Positions 15,001 through 30,000 of a DNA stretch of 64,000 nt are shown in pieces. Source of the DNA: Paragordius varius. Taxonomy: Eukaryota > Animalia > Nematomorpha. The stretch is taken from positions 12,338,001-12,402,000 of the forward strand of contig OZ176054.1 in the NCBI GenBank assembly GCA_964247055.1, read 5' to 3'. Each line of letters starts with the position of its first letter. The first letter of the stretch is position 1. Below the pieces are notes generated by a model. It saw only the letters and a list, made by a program, of their open reading frames with translations. It ran no database searches and was not told the DNA's origin. The position numbers and the translations under genes are program-made.

Positions 15001-18000
15001 AAATAATATTCCCAACAATTAAAAAGTACTTCCCAATAATATATTAATGTTTACAACAATCAACCATACATTTTCAACAATTAAATAATATTCCCAACAA
15101 TTAAAAAGTACTTCCCAATAATATATTAATGTTTACAACAATCAACCATACATTTTCAACAATTAAATAATATTCCCAACAATTAAAAAGTATTTCCCAA
15201 TAATATATTAATGTTTACAACAATCAACCATACATTTTCAACAATTAAATAATATTCCCAACAATTAAAAAGTACTTCCCAATAATATATTAATGTTTAC
15301 AACAATCAACCATACATTTTCAACAATTAAATAATATTCCCAACAATTAAAAAGTATTTCCCAATAATATATTAATGTTTACAACAATCAACCATACATT
15401 TTCAACAATTAAATAATATTCCCAACAATTAAAAAGTACTTCCCAATAATATATTAATGTTTACAACAATCAACCATACATTTTCAACAATTAAATAATA
15501 TTCCCAACAATTAAAAAGTACTTCCCAATAATATATTAATGTTTACAACAATCAACCATACATTTTAAACAAACAAATAATATTCCCAACAATTAAAAAG
15601 TACTTCCCAATAATATATTAATGTTTACAACAATCAACCATACATTTTAAACAAACAAATAATATTCCCAACAATTAAAAAGTACTTCCCAATAATATAT
15701 TAATGTTTACAACAATCAACCATACATTTTCAACAATTAAATAATATTCCCAACAATTAAAAAGTATTTCCCAATAATATATTAATGTTTACAACAATCA
15801 ACCATACATTTTCAACAATTAAATAATATTCCCAACAATTAAAAAGTATTTCCCAATAATATATTAATGTTTACAACAATCAACCATACATTTTCAACAA
15901 TTAAATAATATTCCCAACAATTAAAAAGTACTTCCCAATAATATATTAATGTTTACAACAATCAACCATACATTTTCAACAATTAAATAATATTCCCAAC
16001 AATTAAAAAGTACTTCCCAATAATATATTAATGTTTACAACAATCAACCATACATTTTCAACAATTAAATAATATTCCCAACAATTAAAAAGTACTTCCC
16101 AATAATATATTAATGTTTACAACAATCAACCATACATTTTCAACAATTAAATAATATTCCCAACAATTAAAAAGTACTTCCCAATAATATATTAATGTTT
16201 ACAACAATCAACCATACATTTTCAACAATTAAATAATATTCCCAACAATTAAAAAGTACTTCCCAATAATATATTAATGTTTACAACAATCAACCATACA
16301 TTTTCAACAATTAAATAATATTCCCAACAATTAAAAAGTACTTCCCAATAATATATTAATGTTTACAACAATCAACCATACATTTTCAACAATTAAATAA
16401 TATTCCCAACAATTAAAAAGTATTTCCCAATAATATATTAATGTTTACAACAATCAACCATACATTTTCAACAATTAAATAATATTCCCAACAATTAAAA
16501 AGTATTTCCCAATAATATATTAATGTTTACAACAATCAACCATACATTTTCAACAATTAAATAATATTCCCAACAATTAAAAAGTACTTCCCAATAATAT
16601 ATTAATGTTTACAACAATCAACCATACATTTTCAACAATTAAATAATATTCCCAACAATTAAAAAGTACTTCCCAATAATATATTAATGTTTACAACAAT
16701 CAACCATACATTTTCAACAATTAAATAATATTCCCAACAATTAAAAAGTACTTCCCAATAATATATTAATGTTTACAACAATCAACCATACATTTTCAAC
16801 AATTAAATAATATTCCCAACAATTAAAAAGTACTTCCCAATAATATATTAATGTTTACAACAATCAACCATACATTTTCAACAATTAAATAATATTCCCA
16901 ACAATTAAAAAGTATTTCCCAATAATATATTAATGTTTACAACAATCAACCATACATTTTCAACAATTAAATAATATTCCCAACAATTAAAAAGTACTTC
17001 CCAATAATATATTAATGTTTACAACAATCAACCATACATTTTCAACAATTAAATAATATTCCCAACAATTAAAAAGTATTTCCCAATAATATATTAATGT
17101 TTACAACAATCAACCATACATTTTCAACAATTAAATAATATTCCCAACAATTAAAAAGTATTTCCCAATAATATATTAATGTTTACAACAATCAACCATA
17201 CATTTTCAACAATTAAATAATATTCCCAACAATTAAAAAGTACTTCCCAATAATATATTAATGTTTACAACAATCAACCATACATTTTCAACAATTAAAT
17301 AATATTCCCAACAATTAAAAAGTACTTCCCAATAATATATTAATGTTTACAACAATCAACCATACATTTTCAACAATTAAATAATATTCCCAACAATTAA
17401 AAAGTACTTCCCAATAATATATTAATGTTTACAACAATCAACCATACATTTTCAACAATTAAATAATATTCCCAACAATTAAAAAGTATTTCCCAATAAT
17501 ATATTAATGTTTACAACAATCAACCATACATTTTCAACAATTAAATAATATTCCCAACAATTAAAAAGTACTTCCCAATAATATATTAATGTTTACAACA
17601 ATCAACCATACATTTTCAACAATTAAATAATATTCCCAACAATTAAAAAGTACTTCCCAATAATATATTAATGTTTACAACAATCAACCATACATTTTCA
17701 ACAATTAAATAATATTCCCAACAATTAAAAAGTACTTCCCAATAATATATTAATGTTTACAACAATCAACCATACATTTTCAACAATTAAATAATATTCC
17801 CAACAATTAAAAAGTACTTCCCAATAATATATTAATGTTTACAACAATCAACCATACATTTTCAACAATTAAATAATATTCCCAACAATTAAAAAGTACT
17901 TCCCAATAATATATTAATGTTTACAACAATCAACCATACATTTTCAACAATTAAATAATATTCCCAACAATTAAAAAGTACTTCCCAATAATATATTAAT

Positions 18001-21000
18001 GTTTACAACAATCAACCATACATTTTCAACAATTAAATAATATTCCCAACAATTAAAAAGTACTTCCCAATAATATATTAATGTTTACAACAATCAACCA
18101 TACATTTTCAACAATTAAATAATATTCCCAACAATTAAAAAGTACTTCCCAATAATATATTAATGTTTACAACAATCAACCATACATTTTCAACAATTAA
18201 ATAATATTCCCAACAATTAAAAAGTATTTCCCAATAATATATTAATGTTTACAACAATCAACCATACATTTTCAACAATTAAATAATATTCCCAACAATT
18301 AAAAAGTACTTCCCAATAATATATTAATGTTTACAACAATCAACCATACATTTTCAACAATTAAATAATATTCCCAACAATTAAAAAGTATTTCCCAATA
18401 ATATATTAATGTTTACAACAATCAACCATACATTTTCAACAATTAAATAATATTCCCAACAATTAAAAAGTACTTCCCAATAATATATTAATGTTTACAA
18501 CAATCAACCATACATTTTCAACAATTAAATAATATTCCCAACAATTAAAAAGTATTTCCCAATAATATATTAATGTTTACAACAATCAACCATACATTTT
18601 CAACAATTAAATAATATTCCCAACAATTAAAAAGTACTTCCCAATAATATATTAATGTTTACAACAATCAACCATACATTTTCAACAATTAAATAATATT
18701 CCCAACAATTAAAAAGTACTTCCCAATAATATATTAATGTTTACAACAATCAACCATACATTTTAAACAAACAAATAATATTCCCAACAATTAAAAAGTA
18801 CTTCCCAATAATATATTAATGTTTACAACAATCAACCATACATTTTCAACAATTAAATAATATTCCCAACAATTAAAAAGTACTTCCCAATAATATATTA
18901 ATGTTTACAACAATCAACCATACATTTTCAACAATTAAATAATATTCCCAACAATTAAAAAGTACTTCCCAATAATATATTAATGTTTACAACAATCAAC
19001 CATACATTTTAAACAAACAAATAATATTCCCAACAATTAAAAAGTACTTCCCAATAATATATTAATGTTTACAACAATCAACCATACATTTTAAACAAAC
19101 AAATAATATTCCCAACAATTAAAAAGTACTTCCCAATAATATATTAATGTTTACAACAATCAACCATACATTTTCAACAATTAAATAATATTCCCAACAA
19201 TTAAAAAGTACTTCCCAATAATATATTAATGTTTACAACAATCAACCATACATTTTCAACAATTAAATAATATTCCCAACAATTAAAAAGTACTTCCCAA
19301 TAATATATTAATGTTTACAACAATCAACCATACATTTTCAACAATTAAATAATATTCCCAACAATTAAAAAGTACTTCCCAATAATATATTAATGTTTAC
19401 AACAATCAACCATACATTTTCAACAATTAAATAATATTCCCAACAATTAAAAAGTACTTCCCAATAATATATTAATGTTTACAACAATCAACCATACATT
19501 TTAAACAAACAAATAATATTCCCAACAATTAAAAAGTACTTCCCAATAATATATTAATGTTTACAACAATCAACCATACATTTTAAACAAACAAATAATA
19601 TTCCCAACAATTAAAAAGTACTTCCCAATAATATATTAATGTTTACAACAATCAACCATACATTTTCAACAATTAAATAATATTCCCAACAATTAAAAAG
19701 TACTTCCCAATAATATATTAATGTTTACAACAATCAACCATACATTTTCAACAATTAAATAATATTCCCAACAATTAAAAAGTATTTCCCAATAATATAT
19801 TAATGTTTACAACAATCAACCATACATTTTCAACAATTAAATAATATTCACAACAATTAAAAAGTATTTCCCAATAATATATTAATGTTTACAACAATCA
19901 ACCATACATTTTCAACAATTAAATAATATTCCCAACAATTAAAAAGTACTTCCCAATAATATATTAATGTTTACAACAATCAACCATACATTTTCAACAA
20001 TTAAATAATATTCCCAACAATTAAAAAGTACTTCCCAATAATATATTAATGTTTACAACAATCAACCATACATTTTCAACAATTAAATAATATTCCCAAC
20101 AATTAAAAAGTATTTCCCAATAATATATTAATGTTTACAACAATCAACCATACATTTTCAACAATTAAATAATATTCACAACAATTAAAAAGTATTTCCC
20201 AATAATATATTAATGTTTACAACAATCAACCATACATTTTCAACAAACAAATAATATTCACAACAATTAAAAAGTATTTCCCAATAATATATTAATGTTT
20301 ACAACAATTAACCATACATTTTCAACAATTAAATAATATTCCCAACAATTAAAAAGTATTTCCCAATAATATATTAATGTTTACAACAATCAACCATACA
20401 TTTTCAACAAACAAATAATATTCACAACAATTAAAAAGTATTTCCCAATAATATATTAATGTTTACAACAATCAACCATACATTTTAAACAAATAAATAA
20501 TATTCACAACAATTAAAAGTGTTTCCCAATAATATATTAATGTTTACAACAATCAACCATACATTTTAAACAAATAAATAATATTCACAACAATTAAAAA
20601 GTATTTCCCAATAATATATTAATGTTTACAACAATCAACCATACATTTTAAACAAATAAATAATATTCACAACAATTAAAAAGTATTTCCCAATAATATA
20701 TTAATGTTTACAACAATCAACCATACATTTTCAACAATTAAATAATATTCCCAACAATTAAAAAGTATTACCCAATAATATATTAATGTTTACAACAATC
20801 AACCATACATTTTCACCAAATAAATAATATTCCCAACAATTAAAAAGTATTACCCAATAATATATTAATGTTTACAACAATCAACCATACATTTTAAACA
20901 AACAAATAATATTCCCAACAATTAAAAAGTATTTCCCAATAATATATTAATGTTTCCAACAATCAACCATACATTTTAAACAAACAAATAATATTCCCAA

Positions 21001-24000
21001 CAATCAAAAAGTATTCCCCAATAATATATTAATGTTTACAACAATCAACCATACATTTTCACCAAACAAATAATATTCACATTAAAAGTATTTCCCAATA
21101 ATATATTAATGTTTACAACAATCAACCATACATTTTAAACAAACAAATAATATTCCCAACAATTAAAAGTATTTCCCAATAATATATTAATGTTTACAAC
21201 AATCAACCATACATTTTAAACAAACAAATAATATTCACAACAATTAAAAGTATTTCCCAATAATATATTAATGTTTACAACAATCAACCATACATTTTCA
21301 ACATTTAAATAATATTCCCAACAATTAAAAAGTATTACCCATAATATATTAATGTTTCCAACAATCAACCATACATTTTAAACAAATAAATATATTCCCA
21401 ACAATTAAAAAGTATTACCCATAATATATTAATGTTCCCAACAATCAACCATACATTTTCAACAATTAAATAATATTCATAACAATTAAAAAGTATTTCC
21501 CAATAATATATTAATGTTTGCAACAATCAACCATATATTTTCACCAAATAAATAATATTCACAACAATTAAAAAGTATTACCCATAATATATTAATGTTT
21601 CCAACAATCAACCATACATTTTAAACAAATAAATATATTCCCAACAATTAAAAAGTATTACCCATAATATATTAATGTTTACAACAATCAACCATATATT
21701 TTCACCAAATAAATAATATTCACAACAATTAAAAAGTATTTCCCAATAATATATTAATGTTTCCAACAATCAACCATACATTTTAAACAAATAAATATAT
21801 TCCCAACAATTAAAAAGTATTACCCATAATATATTAATGTTTACAACAATCAACCATATATTTTCACCAAATAAATAATATTCACAACAATTAAAAAGTA
21901 TTTCCCAATAATATATTAATGTTTACAACAATCAACCATATATTTTCACCAAATAAATAATATTCACAACAATTAAAAAGTATTTCCCAATAATATATTA
22001 ATGTTTGCAACAATCAACCATACATTTTAAACAATCAAATAATATTCCCAACAATTAAAAAGTATTTCCCAATAATATATTAATGTTTCCAACAATCAAC
22101 CATACATTTTAAACAAACAAATAATATTCCCAACAATTAAAAAGTATTACCCATAATATATTAATGTTTACAACAATCAACCATATATTTTCACCAAATA
22201 AATAATATTCACAACAATTAAAAAGTATTTCCCAATAATATATTAATGTTTACAACAATCAACCATATATTTTCACCAAATAAATAATATTCACAACAAT
22301 TAAAAAGTATTACCCATAATATATTAATGTTTCCAACAATCAACCATACATTTTCAACAAACAAATAATATTCCCAACAATTAAAAAGTATTTCCCAATA
22401 ATATATTAATGTTTACAACAATCAACCATACATTTTCAACATTTAAATAATATTCCCAACAATTAAAAAGTATTTCCCAAATATATATTAATGTTTACAA
22501 CAATCAACCATACATTTTAAACAAACAAATAATATTCCCAACAATTAATAAGTATTACCCATAATATATTAATGTTTACAACAATCAACCATATATTTTC
22601 ACCAAATAAATAATATTCACAACAATTAAAAAGTATTTCCCAATAATATATTAATGTTTACAACAATCAACCATATATTTTCACCAAATAAATAATATTC
22701 ACAACAATTAAAAAGTATTACTCATAATATATTAATGTTTCCAACAATCAACCATACATTTTAAACAAACAAATAATATTCCCAACAATTAAAAAGTATT
22801 TCCCAATAATATATTAATGTTTACAACAATCAACCATATATTTTCACCAAATAAATAATATTCCCAACAATTAAAAAGTATTTCCCAATAATATATTAAT
22901 GTTTACAACAATCAACCATACATTTTCAACATTTAAATAATATTCCCAACAATTAAAAAGTATTTCCCAAATATATATTAATGTTTCCAACAATCAACCA
23001 TACATTTTAAACAAACAAATAATATTCCCAACAATTAAAAAGTATTACCCATAATATATTAATGTTTACAACAATCAACCATATATTTTCACCAAATAAA
23101 TAATATTCACAACAATTAAAAAGTATTTCCCAATAATATATTAATGTTTACAACAATCAACCATATATTTTCACCAAATAAATAATATTCACAACAATTA
23201 AAAAGTATTACTCATAATATATTAATGTTTCCAACAATCAACCATACATTTTAAACAAACAAATAATATTCCCAACAATTAAAAAGTATTACCCATAATA
23301 TATTAATGTTTACAACAATCAACCATATATTTTCACCAAATAAATAATATTCACAACAATTAAAAAGTATTTCCCAATAATATATTAATGTTTACAACAA
23401 TCAACCATATATTTTCACCAAATAAATAATATTCACAACAATTAAAAAGTATTACCCATAATATATTAATGTTTGCAACAATCAACCATACATTTTAAAC
23501 AATCAAATAATATTCCCAACAATTAAAAAGTATTTCCCAATAATATATTAATGTTTCCAACAATCAACCATACATTTTAAACAAACAAATAATATTCCCA
23601 ACAATTAAAAAGTATTACCCATAATATATTAATGTTTACAACAATCAACCATATATTTTCACCAAATAAATAATATTCACAACAATTAAAAAGTATTTCC
23701 CAATAATATATTAATGTTTACAACAATCAACCATATATTTTCACCAAATAAATAATATTCACAACAATTAAAAAGTATTACCCATAATATATTAATGTTT
23801 CCAACAATCAACCATACATTTTCAACAAACAAATAATATTCCCAACAATTAAAAAGTATTTCCCAATAATATATTAATGTTTACAACAATCAACCATACA
23901 TTTTCAACAAACAAATAATATTCCCAACAATTAAAAAGTATTTCCCAATAATATATTAATGTTTACAACAATCAACCATACATTTTCAACAAACAAATAA

Positions 24001-27000
24001 TATTCCCAACAATTAAAAAGTATTTCCCAATAATATATTAATGTTTACAACAATCAACCATACATTTTCAACAAACAAATAATATTCCCAACAATTAAAA
24101 AGTATTTCCCAATAATATATTAATGTTTACAACAATCAACTATACATTTTCAACAAACAAATAATATTCCCAACAATTAAAAAGTATTACCCAATAATAT
24201 ATTAATGTTTACAACAATCAACTATACATTTTCAACAAACAAATAATATTCCCAACAATTAAAAAGTATTTCCCAATAATATATTAATGTTTACAACAAT
24301 CAACCATACATTTTCAACAAACAAATAATATTCACAACAATTAAAAAGTATTTCCCAATAATATATTAATGTTTACAACAATCAACCATACATTTTCAAC
24401 AAACAAATAATATTCCCAACAATTAAAAAGTATTTCCCAATAATATATTAATGTTTACAACAATCAACCATACATTTTAAACAAACAAATAATATTCCCA
24501 ACAATTAAAAAGTATTTCCCAATAATATATTAATGTTTACAACAATCAACCATACATTTTCACCAAATAAATAATATTCGCAACAATTAAAATTATTACC
24601 CAATAATATATTAATGTTTACAACAATCAACCATACATTTTCAACAAACAAATAATATTCACAACAATTAAAAAGTATTTCCCAATAATATATTAATGTT
24701 TACAACAATCAACCATACATTTTCAACAATTAAATAATATTCCCAACAATTAAAAAGTATTTCCCAATAATATATTAATGTTTACAACAATCAACCATAC
24801 ATTTTCAACAATTAAATAATATTCACAACAATTAAAAAGTATTTCCCAATAATATATTAATGTTTACAACAATCAACCATACATTTTCAACAAACAAATA
24901 ATATTCACAACATTAAAAAGTATTTCCCAATAATATATTAATGTTTACAACAATCAACCATACATTTTCAACAATTAAATAATATTCCCAACAATTAAAA
25001 AGTATTTCCCAATAATATATTAATGTTTACAACAATCAACCATACATTTTCAACAAACAAATAATATTCACAACAATTAAAAAGTATTTCCCAATAATAT
25101 AATAATGTTTACAACAATCAACCATACATTTTAAACAAATAAATAATATTCACAACAATTAAAAAGTATTACCCAATAATATATTAATGTTTACAACAAT
25201 CAACCATACATTTTAAACAAATAAATAATATTCACAACAATTAAAAAGTGTTTCCCAATAATATATTAATGTTTACAACAATCAACCATACATTTTAAAC
25301 AAATAAATAATATTCACAACAATTAAAAAGTATTACCCAATAATATATTAATGTTTACAACAATCAACCATATATTTTCACCAAATAAATAATATTCCCA
25401 ACAATCAAAAAGTATTCCCCAATAATATATTAATGTTTACAACAATCAACCATACATTTTCACCAAACAAATAATATTCACATTAAAAGTATTTCCCAAT
25501 AATATATTAATGTTTACAACAATCAACCATACATTTTAAACAAACAAATAATATTCACAACAATTAAAAAGTATTTCCCAATAATATATTAATGTTTACA
25601 ACAATCAACCATACATTTTAAACAAACAAATAATATTCCCAACAATCAAAAAGTATTCCCCAATAATATATTAATGTTTACAACAATCAACCATACATTT
25701 TCACCAAACAAATAATATTCACATTAAAAGTATTTCCCAATAATATATTAATGTTTACAACAATCAACCATACATTTTAAACAAACAAATAATATTCCCA
25801 ACAATCAAAAAGTATTTCCCAATAATATATTAATGTTTACAACAATCAACCATACATTTTAAACAAACAAATAATATTCCCAACAATTAAAAGTATTTCC
25901 CAATAATATATTAATGTTTACAACAATCAACCATACATTTTAAACAAACAAATAATATTCACAACAATTAAAAGTATTTCCCAATAATATATTAATGTTT
26001 ACAACAATCAACCATACATTTTAAACAAACAAATAATATTCCTAACAATTAAAAAGTATTACCCATAATATATTAATGTTTCCAACAATCAACCATACAT
26101 TTTAAACAAATAAATATATTCCCAACAATTAAAAAGTATTACCCATAATATATTAATGTTTACAACAATCAACCATATATTTTCACCAAATAAATAATAT
26201 TCACAACAATTAAAAAGTATTTCCCAATAATATATTAATGTTTACAACAATCAACCATATATTTTCACCAAATAAATAATATTCACAACAATTAAAAAGT
26301 ATTTCCCAATAATATATTAATGTTTACAACAATCAACCATATATTTTCACCAAATAAATAATATTCACAACAATTAAAAAGTATTTCCCAATAATATATT
26401 AATGTTTGCAACAATCAACCATACATTTTAAACAATCAAATAATATTCCCAACAATTAAAAAGTATTTCCCAATAATATATTAATGTTTCCAACAATCAA
26501 CCATACATTTTAAACAAACAAATAATATTCCCAACAATTAAAAAGTATTTCCCAATAATATATTAATGTTTACAACAATCAACCATATATTTTCACCAAA
26601 TAAATAATATTCACAACAATTAAAAAGTATTTCCCAATAATATATTAATGTTTGCAACAATCAACCATACATTTTAAACAATCAAATAATATTCCCAACA
26701 ATTAAAAAGTATTTCCCAATAATATATTAATGTTTCCAACAATCAACCATACATTTTAAACAAACAAATAATATTCCCAACAATTAAAAAGTATTACCCA
26801 TAATATATTAATGTTTACAACAATCAACCATATATTTTCACCAAATAAATAATATTCACAACAATTAAAAAGTATTTCCCAATAATATATTAATGTTTAC
26901 AACAATCAACCATATATTTTCACCAAATAAATAATATTCACAACAATTAAAACGTATTACCCATAATATATTAATGTTTCCAACAATCAACCATACATTT

Positions 27001-30000
27001 TAAACAAATAAATATATTCCCAACAATTAAAAAGTATTACCCATAATATATTAATGTTTACAACAATCAACCATATATTTTCACCAAATAAATAATATTC
27101 ACAACAATTAAAAAGTATTTCCCAATAATATATTAATGTTTACAACAATCAACCATATATTTTCACCAAATAAATAATATTCACAACAATTAAAAAGTAT
27201 TTCCCAATAATATATTAATGTTTGCAACAATCAACCATACATTTTAAACAATCAAATAATATTCACAACAATTAAAAAGTATTTCCCAATAATATATTAA
27301 TGTTTCCAACAATCAACCATACATTTTCAACAAACAAATAATATTCCCAACAATCAAAAGTATTACCCAATATATTATTAATGTTTCCAACAATCAACCA
27401 TACATTTTCAACAAACAAATAATATTCCCAACAATTAAAAAGTACCCAATAATATATTAATGTTTCCAACAATCAACCATACATTTTCAACAAATAATAT
27501 TCCCAACAATTAAAAAGTATTACCCAATAATATATTAATGTTTTCAACAATCAACATACATTTTAAACAAACAAATAATATTCAAAACAATCAAATAATA
27601 TTACATAATAATATAATAATGTTTCCAACAATCAACATATATTTTCAACAATCAAATAATATTTCCAACAATCAAATAATATTTCCAACAATCAAATAAT
27701 ATTACCCAATAATATTTTAATGTTTCCAAAAATAAGCCATATATTTTCACCAAATAAATAATATTCACAACAATTAAAAAGTATTTCCCAATAATATATT
27801 AATGTTTCCAACAATCAACCATACATTTTAAACAAACAAATAATATTCCCAACAATTAAAAAGTATTACCCATAATATATTAATGTTTACAACAATCAAC
27901 CATATATTTTCACCAAATAAATAATATTCACAACAATTAAAAAGTATTTCCCAATAATATATTAATGTTTACAACAATCAACCATATATTTTCACCAAAT
28001 AAATAATATTCACAACAATTAAAAAGTATTACCCATAATATATTAATGTTTCCAACAATCAACCATACATTTTAAACAAATAAATATATTCCCAACAATT
28101 AAAAAGTATTACCCATAATATATTAATGTTTACAACAATCAACCATATATTTTCACCAAATAAATAATATTCACAACAATTAAAAAGTATTTCCCAATAA
28201 TATATTAATGTTTACAACAATCAACCATATATTTTCACCAAATAAATAATATTCACAACAATTAAAAAGTATTTCCCAATAATATATTAATGTTTGCAAC
28301 AATCAACCATACATTTTAAACAATCAAATAATATTCCCAACAATTAAAAAGTATTTTCCAATAATATATTAATGTTTCCAACAATCAACCATACATTTTA
28401 AACAAACAAATAATATTCACAACAATTAAAAAGTATTTCCTAATAATATATTAATGTTTACAACAATCAACCATACATTTTCAACAAACAAATAATATTC
28501 CCAACAATTAAAAAGTACCCAATAATATATTAATGTTTCCAACAATCAACCATACATTTTCAACAAATAATATTCCCAACAATTAAAAAGTATTACCCAA
28601 TAATATATTAATATTTTCAACAATCAACATACATTTTAAACAAACAAATAATATTCAAAACAATCAAATAATATTACATAATAATATAATAATGTTTCCA
28701 ACAATCAACATATATTTTCAACAATCAAATAATATTCCCAACAATCAAAAGTATTACCCAATATATTATTAATGTTTCCAACAATCAACCATACATTTTC
28801 AACAAACAAATAATATTCCCAACAATTAAAAAGTACCCAATAATATATTAATGTTTCCAACAATCAACCATACATTTTCAACAAATAATATTCCCAACAA
28901 TTAAAAAGTATTACCCAATAATATATTAATGTTTCCAACAATCAACATATATTTTCAACAATCAAATAATATTTCCAACAATCAAATAATATTTCCAACA
29001 ATCAAATAATATTCACAACAATCAAATAATATTACCCAATAATATTTTAATGTTTCCAAAAATCAGCCATATATTTTCAACAGTCAAATAATATTGCGAA
29101 CAATAAAATAATATTACCCAATAATATTTTAATGTTTCCAAAAATCAGCCATATATTTTCAACAGTCAAATAATATTGCGAACAATAAAATAATATTTCC
29201 CAATAATATTTTAATGTTTCCAACAATAAACCATATATTTTCAACAATCAAATAATATTTCCAACAATCAAATAATATTACCCAATAATATTTTAATGTT
29301 TCCAACAATCAACCATATATTTTCAACAATCAAATATTATTGCCAACAATAAAATAATATTACCCAATAATATTTTAATGTTTCCAAAAATCAGCCATAT
29401 ATTTTCAACAGTCAAATAATATTGCGAACAATAAAATAATATTTCCCAATAATATTTTAATGTTTCCAACAATCAATCATATATTTTCAACAAACAAATA
29501 ATATTCCCAACAATTAAAAAGTATTACCCAATAATATATTAATGTTTCCAACAATCAACCATACATTTTCAACAAACAAATAATATTCCCAACAATTAAA
29601 AAGTATTACCCAATAATATTTTAATGTTTCCAACAATCAACCATACATTTTCAACAAACAAATAATATTCCCAACAATTAAAAAGTACCCAATAATATAT
29701 TAATGTTTCCAACAATCAACCATACATTTGAAACAAACAAATAATATTCCCAACAATTAAAAAGTACCCAATAATATATTAATGTTTCCAACAATCAACC
29801 ATACATTTGAAACAAACAAATAATATTCCCAACAATTAAAAAGTATTACACCATAATATATTAATGTTTCCAACAATCAACCATACATTTTCAACAAACA
29901 AATAATATTCCCAACAATTAAAAAGTACCCAATAATATATTAATGTTTCCAACAATCAACCATACATTTGAAACAAACAAATAATATTCCCAACAATTAA

